This document shows positions 47,579-55,537 of a stretch of 64,000 nt of DNA, in pieces (position 1 is the stretch's first letter; the number at the start of each line of letters is the position of its first letter). Location: positions 1 through 64,000 of the forward strand of contig JANPJS010000193.1 of the NCBI GenBank assembly GCA_031425655.1. The letters are read 5' to 3'. The notes beneath the pieces are model-generated. The model was not told where the DNA came from, searched no databases, and saw only the letters and a program-made list of their open reading frames with translations. Source of the DNA: Abditibacteriaceae bacterium (lineage in GTDB: Bacteria > Armatimonadota > Abditibacteriia > Abditibacteriales > Abditibacteriaceae). The translations under genes were made by a program, and so were the position numbers.

Positions 47579-48895
47579 ATGGAAGCCACATTAACGCAGA
47601 CCTCGCAGGCCAACGGCCACCAAAACGGCCACGCCGCGCCCGACGAAACCAGAGCGCACGTCGAGGCATTGGCACAACGCGCCTGCGCCGCCGCCACGCA
47701 ATTGCGCACAGCGGGCACCGAAATCAAAAACCGCGCCTTATTAATGATGGCTGAGCAATTGGTCGCGCGCCAAAACGAAATCACCGAGGCCAACGCGCGC
47801 GATTTGGAAGCGGGCCGCGCACGCGGAATCGGCGAAGCCATGTTGGATCGCCTGCGCTTGGACGAAAAACGCATCGCCGCGATGGCCAACGGCTGCCGCG
47901 AAGTTGCAGCCCTGCCCGACCCGATTGGGCAAATTATCGGAGGCGGGCCGCGTCCTAACGGTCTGCGCATCGAACACCTGCGCGTGCCTTTGGGCGTCAT
48001 CGGCATCATTTACGAATCACGCCCGAATGTGACGGTGGACGCCGCGATTTTATGCTTGAAAGCGGGCAACGCCGTGATTTTGCGCGGCGGCTCCGAAGCG
48101 TTTCACTCCAATACTTGCCTCGCAGAGATTATCGCTTCTGCCGCCTGCGAAGCGGGCGCGCCTGCCGACGCCATCCAACTTATCGGAACTACTGACCGCG
48201 CCGCGACCACGCATTTGGCACAAATGAACGGGCTGGTTGACCTCATCATTCCGCGCGGCGGCGAGGGCTTGAAAAAGGCGCTCGGCGCCGTGGCTACGGT
48301 GCCGATTATCTTCGCGGCGGGCGGAATTTGCCACGTTTTCGTGGATGAATTCGCCAATTTGGAAGACGCCACCAATATCGCCTTGAATGCCAAAGTGCAG
48401 CGGCCTTCGGTCTGCAACGCGATGGAAACTTTGCTGGTGCATCAAGCGGTCGCCGACCGTTTTTTGTCTTCGATTTGCGAAAAAATGCGCGCTGCGGGCG
48501 TGGAGTTGCGCGGTGACGAGCGTGTTCAGGCCATTTCGCCAATGGACGCCGCGACCGTCGAAGATTGGGACACCGAATATAACGCGCTCACTCTTTCCAT
48601 CGCGGTCGTGGACAATCTTGACGCGGCTATTGAACACATTTCCCGCCACGGCACCGGACACTCGGAAGCAATAGTCACGCAGAACTACGCGAACAGCGAA
48701 AAATTTCTGGCGCAGGTAGATGCGGCGGCGGTTTTCGTCAACGCCAGCACGCGCTTCACCGACGGCTACGAGTTCGGATTAGGCGCCGAAGTCGGCATTT
48801 CCACGCAAAAATTGCACGCGCGCGGCCCGATGGGCCTCGAAGCCCTGACCTCCACAAAATTCGTGGTGCGCGGCGACGGCCACATCCGAAAGTAG
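47579..48895 (+). CDS. proA: Glutamate-5-semialdehyde dehydrogenase
   Basis: VPLGVIGIIYESRPNVT, VCNAMETLL, GISTQKLHARGPMGL. Confidence 0.97.
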   Translation: MEATLTQTSQANGHQNGHAAPDETRAHVEALAQRACAAATQLRTAGTEIKNRALLMMAEQLVARQNEITEANARDLEAGRARGIGEAMLDRLRLDEKRIAAMANGCREVAALPDPIGQIIGGGPRPNGLRIEHLRVPLGVIGIIYESRPNVTVDAAILCLKAGNAVILRGGSEAFHSNTCLAEIIASAACEAGAPADAIQLIGTTDRAATTHLAQMNGLVDLIIPRGGEGLKKALGAVATVPIIFAAGGICHVFVDEFANLEDATNIALNAKVQRPSVCNAMETLLVHQAVADRFLSSICEKMRAAGVELRGDERVQAISPMDAATVEDWDTEYNALTLSIAVVDNLDAAIEHISRHGTGHSEAIVTQNYANSEKFLAQVDAAAVFVNASTRFTDGYEFGLGAEVGISTQKLHARGPMGLEALTSTKFVVRGDGHIRK

Positions 48896-48969
48896 TTTTG
48901 AGTTTTGAATTAAGAGTTTTGAGTTATCAAAACTCAAAACTCAAAACTCAAAACTCAAAACTCAAAACT
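48894..48969. repeat. Inverted heptamer tandem arrays (agttttg)n / (caaaact)6
   Basis: Fills the proA-aroK intergenic space; six perfect caaaact copies at 48928-48969. Confidence 0.9.
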
Positions 48970-48973
48970 TTCC

Positions 48974-49525
48974 ATGCTTCTTCTCATCGGCTTTATGGGC
49001 AGCGGCAAAAGCAGCGTTGGCCGACGATTGGCGTCGGCTCTGCGGCTGCCTTTTGTTGATCTCGACACCGAAATCGAACGGGCCGCCGGGACGCGGATTC
49101 CGCACATCTTTGCGACTAAAAGCGAAGCCGAATTTCGCCGTTACGAAACGCAGGCGCTGCGCGAGGCGCTTGATAAATCTGCCGTAATCTCCTCCGGCGG
49201 CGGCTTGGTAACGCGCGAAGAAAACCGCATCTTGCTCGGCGCGGCGGCACAAAGCGGTTCTCACATCGTTTACCTTCGCGCCCAGCCAAACACGTTAGCT
49301 GCGCGCATTCGCAGGCAGCCGGGCACGCGTCCGCTTATTGACGGCCCCGGCGCGCCTCTGGATTTGGAAGCTACGCGCACGCGCGTGGCGCAACTTTTGG
49401 CCGAGCGTGCGGCGTGGTATGAAGGCTGCGCCACATTGACGATTGACACCGATCATCTGAACGCCGATGGCGTGGTTTCACGCATTGTGCAACGCTTACC
49501 CGAAGACCGTAATGAGCAATTGTAG
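48974..49525 (+). CDS. aroK: Shikimate kinase
   Basis: LIGFMGSGKSSVG, DLDTEIE, SGGG, RPL. Confidence 0.93.
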   Translation: MLLLIGFMGSGKSSVGRRLASALRLPFVDLDTEIERAAGTRIPHIFATKSEAEFRRYETQALREALDKSAVISSGGGLVTREENRILLGAAAQSGSHIVYLRAQPNTLAARIRRQPGTRPLIDGPGAPLDLEATRTRVAQLLAERAAWYEGCATLTIDTDHLNADGVVSRIVQRLPEDRNEQL

Positions 49526-50558
49526 AGGCACCGCACCGACGACTGCGCCGTCTGGACACGCCGTTATGCTTTCCGACCGGTTCAACCGCGTTATTTCCTA
49601 TCTGCGCATCAGCGTCACCGACCGCTGCAATTTTCGCTGCGTTTATTGTATGCCTGCCGACGGCGTGCATCTGATTCCGCGCGAGGAAATTCTCACTTTC
49701 GAGGAAATCGCGCGCGTGGCGCGCGTGGGCGCCGGTCTTGGACTTACTAAAATTCGCCTCACCGGTGGCGAACCGACGGTGCGCCGCGATTTGCCGCGTC
49801 TGGTGCAAATGTTGGCCGCAATTGAAGGCATCCGCGAGGTTTCCCTGACCACCAACGCCGCACGTCTGCGAGAACTGGCCGCACCTCTCAAAGCCGCCGG
49901 GCTAACGCGCGTAAATATCTCGCTCGATACTTTGCGCCGCGACCGCATGAAGGAAATCGCGCGCCGCGATTTCTACGACGAAGTCATGGCCGGCATCAAC
50001 GCCGCGATTGAAAACCAACTCACGCCGCTAAAATTCAACGCCGTGATTATGCGCGGCGTCAACGACGATGAGCTTTGCGAATTGCTTGCATTCGCGAATG
50101 AACGCAACGCTCAGATGCGTTTCATCGAATATATGCCGATGGGCGCGGCGCGCTTCGACGAACACAATAAGCTGATAACCGCCGCCGAAATGCGCGAAAA
50201 GTTGGCTGCCCGCTTTGATTTAATTCTTAATTCAAAATTCAAAATTCAAAATTCAAACGATCCCGCGCGCGGCTGGATTTGTCGCAAAACCGGCGCAAGG
50301 GCCGGCTTCATTACTTCGATGAGCGAACACTTTTGCGATACTTGCAACCGAATGCGGTTGACTGCCGAAGGCGGCCTGCGTCCGTGCCTACACCAAGACG
50401 CCGAAGTGGACGTGCGCGCCCTCTTGCGCTCTGGCGCCGGTGACGAAGCGATTGCCAATGCTTTCCACGCCGCCGCCAATCTCAAATGGCCCGGCCACCG
50501 CATGATGGACGTGATCCCGCTTTACAGCACCAAGGAAATGGTCGCAATCGGCGGCTGA
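49512..50558 (+). CDS. moaA: GTP 3',8-cyclase MoaA
   Basis: LRISVTDRCNFRCVYC, FCDTCNRMRLT, C-terminal IGG; start 49512 or 49566. Confidence 0.95.
   Translation: MSNCRGTAPTTAPSGHAVMLSDRFNRVISYLRISVTDRCNFRCVYCMPADGVHLIPREEILTFEEIARVARVGAGLGLTKIRLTGGEPTVRRDLPRLVQMLAAIEGIREVSLTTNAARLRELAAPLKAAGLTRVNISLDTLRRDRMKEIARRDFYDEVMAGINAAIENQLTPLKFNAVIMRGVNDDELCELLAFANERNAQMRFIEYMPMGAARFDEHNKLITAAEMREKLAARFDLILNSKFKIQNSNDPARGWICRKTGARAGFITSMSEHFCDTCNRMRLTAEGGLRPCLHQDAEVDVRALLRSGAGDEAIANAFHAAANLKWPGHRMMDVIPLYSTKEMVAIGG
50229..50256 (+). repeat. (AATTCAA)4 inside moaA
   Basis: Four perfect copies plus a degenerate aattctt at 50222; translated as LNSKFKIQNSN. Confidence 0.9.
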
Positions 50559-50691
50559 ACGCTCAAACTCTGCCGCAGACGCCGCGCAGCGAGGAGCGAA
50601 TGAAGCAAAGCGGCTTGTTCGATGGCCTTGCGGATTTTGCGGAGAGATTTAAGGAACTGTCTGAAAATTCGTTACAGAGTAACATCAAAGA

Positions 50692-50831
50692 CTTTAAATA
50701 GGACGCGGAGCTTCGCTGCGCGGATTTCATGCGCGGATTTTCGCTGGTTTTTATTTGGATCAAACCGCGCCTTCAAAGCCGTTTCGGGCGCCCTGTGGAC
50801 AGGAAAGCGAAGCTCCGCGTCCTATTGAAAG
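50692..50831. mobile_element. MITE/REP-like element with 21-bp perfect terminal IR
   Basis: aataggacgcggagcttcgct (50697-50717) / agcgaagctccgcgtcctatt (50806-50826); another end at 1-42. Confidence 0.7.
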
Positions 50832-50884
50832 CGACTCAACTTTTGTGTTTTCAGGGAATTGTGTTTTATCAGGAGCTACATTTC

Positions 50885-51709
50885 ATGATTATTGATGCCC
50901 ATCACCACTTTTGGCATTATTCGGCTGAGGAATACGGCTGGATTAGCCAGGAAGCCGCGCGCATTCGCCGTGACTTTTTGCCCGCCGATTTACAAACCGA
51001 AATCACAGCAGCCGGCGTAGACGGCGTGGTTTCAGTGCAAGCGCGCGAAAGCGTCGAAGAAACCGCGTGGCTTCTGAAAATGGCGCAGGAACACGATTTC
51101 ATCAAAGGCGTGGTCGGCTGGCTGCCGCTCGCCGAAGCGCGGCTCAGCCGGCATTTAGAGCGATTCGCCCATGCGCCGAAGCTGAAAGGCGTGCGCCACG
51201 TCGTGCAAAGCGAGCCGGACGGTTTCATGCTGCGCGACGATTTCAACGCCGGCGTGGCCGCGCTGCACGGTTTTAATCTGGTTTACGACGTGCTTATCAC
51301 GGAGCGGCAACTCATCGAAGCAATTGCATTTGTAGATCGCCACGCCGAGCAGGTTTTTGTGCTGGATCACCTGGCTAAACCACACGCAAAAGCCAGTGAA
51401 ATCGAGCCGTGGCGCACGAATTTGCAGGAATTGGCGCGGCGCGAGAACGTGTTTTGCAAAGTATCGGGTTTAGTCACCGAAGCCGATTGGCATCGCTGGT
51501 CGCCGGATGCGCTTAAGATTTATTTCGATAGCGCCATAGACGCTTTTGGCCCGGCGCGGCTGATGTTCGGCAGCGATTGGCCTGTCTGCCTACTGGCCAG
51601 CGATTACGCGCGCTGGATTGAAACCGTGCGCGCCTGGGCCACCCCGCTTTCCGCCGATGAACGGACTGCTCTTTTCGGTGGCACCGCGGTGCGCGCTTAC
51701 GATCTTTGA
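50885..51709 (+). CDS. Amidohydrolase family 2 (L-fuconolactonase-like)
   Basis: IIDAHHHFW, LDHLAKP, CKVSGL, RLMFGSDWPV. Confidence 0.9.
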   Translation: MIIDAHHHFWHYSAEEYGWISQEAARIRRDFLPADLQTEITAAGVDGVVSVQARESVEETAWLLKMAQEHDFIKGVVGWLPLAEARLSRHLERFAHAPKLKGVRHVVQSEPDGFMLRDDFNAGVAALHGFNLVYDVLITERQLIEAIAFVDRHAEQVFVLDHLAKPHAKASEIEPWRTNLQELARRENVFCKVSGLVTEADWHRWSPDALKIYFDSAIDAFGPARLMFGSDWPVCLLASDYARWIETVRAWATPLSADERTALFGGTAVRAYDL

Positions 51710-52035
51710 AAGCAAGATTTGCGGCGTTAATTCTGCAAAACCAGCCCCAAGAGGCTTGAAAACAAGGGCCGGAAAATAAAAAAAGACAAGAGGTCGTTTT
51801 ACCCCTTGTCAACATAGTCTCTTGTTGGGCAGCACTGGATTTAACGACGCGAACTGATGCCCAAACGCTGCGCCAACGCCGAAAAGCCGGCGCACCCGAA
51901 AACCAGAACGTATCGCTGGAACCCGCCAAAATGCGGATAAAAGCACGCCGCCGACACGAAAAGCTGAGAAAACGAGGCAAAACGCCGCCGCCAGAAGCCC
52001 AAAAACGCCTCAGATAAAGAAACGTGAGCGTTGCG

Positions 52036-52121
52036 GCCCAACGCTGAATTCACCCGCTGCGGAAGGCGCAGCGAGGAACGAGCGGAGCCTGGAGCAGTCG
52101 CGGTGCAATGTTTGGTTGTGC
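52036..52121 (-). other. attC site (86 bp)
   Basis: GCACAAC caaac ATTGCACC ... GGTGAAT tcagc GTTGGGC. Confidence 0.85.
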
Positions 52122-52144
52122 GGTGGTTGGTCGCTCTTGCCGAC

Positions 52145-52585
52145 TCATAATTTCTTGGGAGCATTGCGCTTCACCGAAATAGTTTCTGAGGTTGTTGCCG
52201 TGATAGAACCATCTGGCCCTGTGACTGTCACTTTCTTCTTGATTTTGAAATCCACAGTTTGCATTTTCTCAAACGCCACAGACGGCCCAAACTCCATAAA
52301 CGTGATGCCTGAATCTGTTTTGCTTGTGAATTTTTGCCCGTCCCAATATATCTCAATATCCGCCTTTGAATTGGAGTTGACCTCAAACGATGTTGATGCA
52401 GTGTGGTTAAAACCAGGTTTAGCGGACTCGATTGTGATCTCAACTTTTTTGACAGCACTGGGTTTGGGAGCTGCTTTGACGGTGGAAGTAGACGTGTTGG
52501 ATTGTTGACAACCAGCCATAAAAAAGCACATGGCAAAAAAGATAGCGAAGGAAGTGGTAATCGAGGTTGTTTTCATTATGTTCAT
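52145..52585 (-). CDS. Cassette-borne lipoprotein of unknown function
   Basis: Lipobox FMAGC; low GC; start 52585 or 52576. Confidence 0.75.
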   Translation of the reverse strand: MNIMKTTSITTSFAIFFAMCFFMAGCQQSNTSTSTVKAAPKPSAVKKVEITIESAKPGFNHTASTSFEVNSNSKADIEIYWDGQKFTSKTDSGITFMEFGPSVAFEKMQTVDFKIKKKVTVTGPDGSITATTSETISVKRNAPKKL

Positions 52586-52633
52586 ATTTATCACAAAGCA
52601 CCGCACATTACGCAACGGCATGCGCCGCCGCAC

Positions 52634-52653
52634 AACTCTTTATTCTGTCGCTG
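52634..52653 (-). other. Truncated attI-like junction in place of an attC
   Basis: CAGCGACAGAAT AAAGA GTT; the 11-bp core is identical to 54602-54612. Confidence 0.7.
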
Positions 52654-52663
52654 TTGGTCGGTA

Positions 52664-53332
52664 TTAAGACTCATTTTCTGAGCTTAAGAAGAGCAATAAA
52701 GCGTTTCGGGCTTTCTCGACACTCGGTAAAGCGGTCGTGATGGCCTCGATTGCCCTGCCTTCCAAGCCGGGCCTTACCATCCCACTATCAGTTGAGAAAA
52801 CCGGTGGTATGGCTTGATTCGCTCGATTGGTTGCGCGATAAGATTCCAGAATATATGCCTTTAGCTCATCGTGCAAGATGGAAATAACTCCTTCTCTTAT
52901 AGCTCTACGAAATTGCTCATCAACGAATAAGCATCCTAAATTTGACTTGTCGCAATGTTGAGCAATGTGGAGATTAAAATCCAATTCATCAATCAAAGCC
53001 TGTAGCGGGCCAACATCTGAATCTCTGGCGACTTCTCTAAAAACTTCCGGTCTCTTCTGACAGATTTCTATCCATTGATCTCGGTGTTTCTTCAATTCTT
53101 CTGGCCGAAACTTTCTGCCCCTGGGATGGTTGATATTGTAGCTATGAATTTCCGCATGACATTCAAAACACACGGGAATAGCGTTGTCAATATCGCCAGA
53201 ACCTTCTTCCCGTCTGGGAACAATGTGGTCAATTTCGAGCTTGACGCCGCAGAAGCGGTGACAAATGCAACAACGGCGATGACATTTAACCAGTAGAGTA
53301 TCAATTTCTTTCGACGAAAAATCAGCAGCCAT
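52664..53332 (-). CDS. Cassette-borne HNH endonuclease domain protein
   Basis: CCIC...EIDHIVPRREEGSGDIDNAIPVCFECH. Confidence 0.88.
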   Translation of the reverse strand: MAADFSSKEIDTLLVKCHRRCCICHRFCGVKLEIDHIVPRREEGSGDIDNAIPVCFECHAEIHSYNINHPRGRKFRPEELKKHRDQWIEICQKRPEVFREVARDSDVGPLQALIDELDFNLHIAQHCDKSNLGCLFVDEQFRRAIREGVISILHDELKAYILESYRATNRANQAIPPVFSTDSGMVRPGLEGRAIEAITTALPSVEKARNALLLFLSSENES

Positions 53333-53377
53333 AATGCTTAAGTATATCTACGATTCACCGTAACGCCGCGCGCAGCG

Positions 53378-53450
53378 ACAGAACGACTGAGTTCACCCGA
53401 CCCGTAAGGAGCCTGCGACTGTAGGGGTCGGGTGCAACGATTTGTTGTGT
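53378..53450 (-). other. attC site (73 bp)
   Basis: ACACAAC aaatc GTTGCACC cgaccc...gggtcg GGTGAAC tcagtc GTTCTGT. Confidence 0.88.
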
Positions 53451-53456
53451 TGCACG

Positions 53457-53783
53457 TTATGAGGTTTGGGTTGGCATGAACGACAAATCAAGCGCACAGT
53501 GCCCAAACGAAATGTTAATTGTGTAGCAAATTCTGCCATGCTTTTTGGCAACGGGTTCGCCTATCGGGAAAGCACTAAACCGATGCTTGATTTTATCTAA
53601 GATGCTTTGCGGCTCCGACGGGAACTCTACCCAAGGCACCGCGATTAAATCAAAATCGCGCGCCATGCTGCCATGCACCGCTAACGCATAGCCATGATTA
53701 ACGAAAATTGTCGCTAATTCAGGATACATCGCCGCCGCGTAAAAGGGCGCAAAATTCGGTTTCACTTCCTCTGCTGTTTTCAT
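53457..53783 (-). CDS. Cassette-borne small protein with nucleotidyltransferase-like GS..DxD motif
   Basis: YALAVHGSMARDFDLIAVPW; GAAGG RBS before ATG 53783. Confidence 0.6.
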   Translation of the reverse strand: MKTAEEVKPNFAPFYAAAMYPELATIFVNHGYALAVHGSMARDFDLIAVPWVEFPSEPQSILDKIKHRFSAFPIGEPVAKKHGRICYTINISFGHCALDLSFMPTQTS

Positions 53784-53815
53784 AGTTTCGCCTTCCGAAA
53801 CGCTGCGCGCGTGCA

Positions 53816-53930
53816 ACACAACGACTAAGCTCACCCGCCGCCCGCCGAATTGCGACCAAGTTTAGCCCAACGCGACCACACTCGAAAACCAGCCAAGCTG
53901 CGGGCGGTCGGGTGCAGCGCCTTGTTCGGC
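53816..53930 (-). other. attC site (115 bp)
   Basis: GCCGAAC aaggc GCTGCACC cgaccgcccgc...gcgggcggcg GGTGAGC ttagtc GTTGTGT. Confidence 0.88.
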
Positions 53931-53943
53931 GGCTTGTTGGTGC

Positions 53944-54558
53944 CTACCACCACCAACTCGCGGTAGTGGCTTGCTCCGCGATTTTCCGTCCTTCTTTATA
54001 TGTGCTGATGACATATGAGACGTTGCCTTTTTCCGACTTTCTATCAACAAAAGTTCCCTCCCATCGTTGGTTATTTTTGTAACTTCCCTGATAGAGAATA
54101 TTTTGCTTTGTGTCCCAACCAATTTCGCTGACAATATTGCCTTTTTCGTAGAGCAACTCACGCATCTTGTTGCCATCTCTCCACTCTAAGTATTTGCCGT
54201 TTAGCAAGCCGCCCACCCAATGCGCCTCACCCGTCTTTGTCCCATTTTCTGCCCAGAACAAAAACAGACCATCTCGCTTGCCATGACGGTATACGCCTTC
54301 ATACCGTTTGGTTCCATCCTCACGGTAGCAGACCATAGGCCCATGCCACACTTCCACCTGAAATTCTGTCCCGTCGGTATCTTTGATGGCTTTGCCGTAA
54401 GCCTGATACACCTCTTTGTTGTAGTTTTGGTAATCGTCAGTCCACACTTTGGTGAACTGGCGGACGCGCTTTCCTTCAAAGTCGCTGCTTTGCGCGAAAA
54501 GCGGGCAAGCAAGGATTAACAAGAGAGCCGGAACCAACAAGGTGATTTTCATTCTCAT
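53944..54558 (-). CDS. Cassette-borne secreted MORN-variant (YwqK-like) repeat protein
   Basis: Signal peptide; HGPMVCYREDGTKRYEGVYRHGKRDG...WAENG repeats. Confidence 0.75.
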   Translation of the reverse strand: MRMKITLLVPALLLILACPLFAQSSDFEGKRVRQFTKVWTDDYQNYNKEVYQAYGKAIKDTDGTEFQVEVWHGPMVCYREDGTKRYEGVYRHGKRDGLFLFWAENGTKTGEAHWVGGLLNGKYLEWRDGNKMRELLYEKGNIVSEIGWDTKQNILYQGSYKNNQRWEGTFVDRKSEKGNVSYVISTYKEGRKIAEQATTASWWW

Positions 54559-54591
54559 ATCGGTGATTATAAGACACAGCCAAGCCGCGCG

Positions 54592-54645
54592 CAAGCCGCC
54601 GAACTCTTTATTATGCCGCAAATTCTTGCTTATCTGCGGTATAAC
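54592..54645 (-). other. attI-like site at the head of the array with a 41-bp mini-cassette
   Basis: GTTATACCGCA-14nt-TGCGGCATAAT AAAGA GTTCGGCGGCTTG. Confidence 0.65.
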
Positions 54646-54759
54646 GCTCATTTCTCTTAGTAAAACCGCTGTTTGGGCATTCGACCGTGGATTTGCGGTC
54701 TATCATCCAAAACCCAGAAAAGAATCGTAACACAGCATAGCCGACCGAAGTGTAGACGG

Positions 54760-54794
54760 GACAAGTGCGACAAGAAATTCTCGTCGCACTTGTC
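54760..54794. terminator. Hairpin directly after the thioredoxin-family gene
   Basis: gacaagtgcgac-11nt-gtcgcacttgtc. Confidence 0.55.
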
Positions 54795-54795
54795 T

Positions 54796-55377
54796 TTAAA
54801 CTAAATCGCAGGCCTCGGCGGGCATCCAGTGATGATCTTGGCCCTGCCATTTGACGTTGCAGCCGATGGGGTTAGTCAAGGTTATCGGCGGCTCGTTTCC
54901 GGCAAGTAACGCGTCGAGGGCATCGCGCAATTCGTGCGTGGTTTCTTTGCCGGGATTGCGCGGATTGTCGTCCATGCGGCCCGTGTAGCGAAGTTTGCGC
55001 TCGTTGTCGAAAACGTAATAATGCGGCGTGCGTAATGCACCGTAGGCTAACGCCACGTCCTGTGAATCGTCGCGCAGATACGGAAATTGGTAGCCTTTTT
55101 CCTTCGCGTGTTCAACCATGTGCTCGAACGAATCGGTCGGATGATTTTCGGTTTCGTTGGAGTTGATGCACACCAGCTTTACGCCGCGCGGCGCGTAATC
55201 GGCGTCGAGTTTGAGGATGCGCTCTTCGCTGCCCACGACGTAAGGACAATGGTTGCAAGTGAAAGCCACGATGAGCAGTTGGGCGGCGGCGAAGTCGGCC
55301 AGCGAGTAATTTTTGCCGTCCACGCCGGGCAGATTGAAGTCCGGTGCCGGCGCGTTAAGTTGAAGGGTAAAAGCCAT
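54796..55377 (-). CDS. Thioredoxin-fold AhpC/TSA family protein
   Basis: APDFNLPGVDG, FTCNHCPYV, YTGRMDD, PIGCNVKW. Confidence 0.9.
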   Translation of the reverse strand: MAFTLQLNAPAPDFNLPGVDGKNYSLADFAAAQLLIVAFTCNHCPYVVGSEERILKLDADYAPRGVKLVCINSNETENHPTDSFEHMVEHAKEKGYQFPYLRDDSQDVALAYGALRTPHYYVFDNERKLRYTGRMDDNPRNPGKETTHELRDALDALLAGNEPPITLTNPIGCNVKWQGQDHHWMPAEACDLV

Positions 55378-55444
55378 GAGTTGTCTCCGTTAAAATGTGA
55401 TGTCGAGGGTTAGTTTATCCCGACTTCGCCCGAACCAAGAAACA

Positions 55445-55530
55445 GCCGCGAAACAGCACAAAACGCACAAAGAAAGCCAAAAAACGGGTTCACCAAAGCT
55501 GTTTCTGTGCCTTTTGCGCGTTTTCGCGGC
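55445..55530. repeat. Imperfect IR of 9-mer repeats
   Basis: gccgcgaaacagcacaaaacgcaca / tgtgccttttgcgcgttttcgcggc. Confidence 0.7.
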
Positions 55531-55537
55531 CATCGCT

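Larger units (their letters stand above)
51811..54645 (-). mobile_element. Integron gene-cassette array lacking an adjacent integrase (CALIN)
   Basis: Three attC sites, two attI-like cores, co-oriented lower-GC single-gene cassettes each bounded by complementary GTT.../...AAC ends. Confidence 0.88.

Noticed and set aside
48894..48969. Tandem repeats as a CRISPR array
   Set aside because: 7-bp units with no unique spacers; no cas genes in the window
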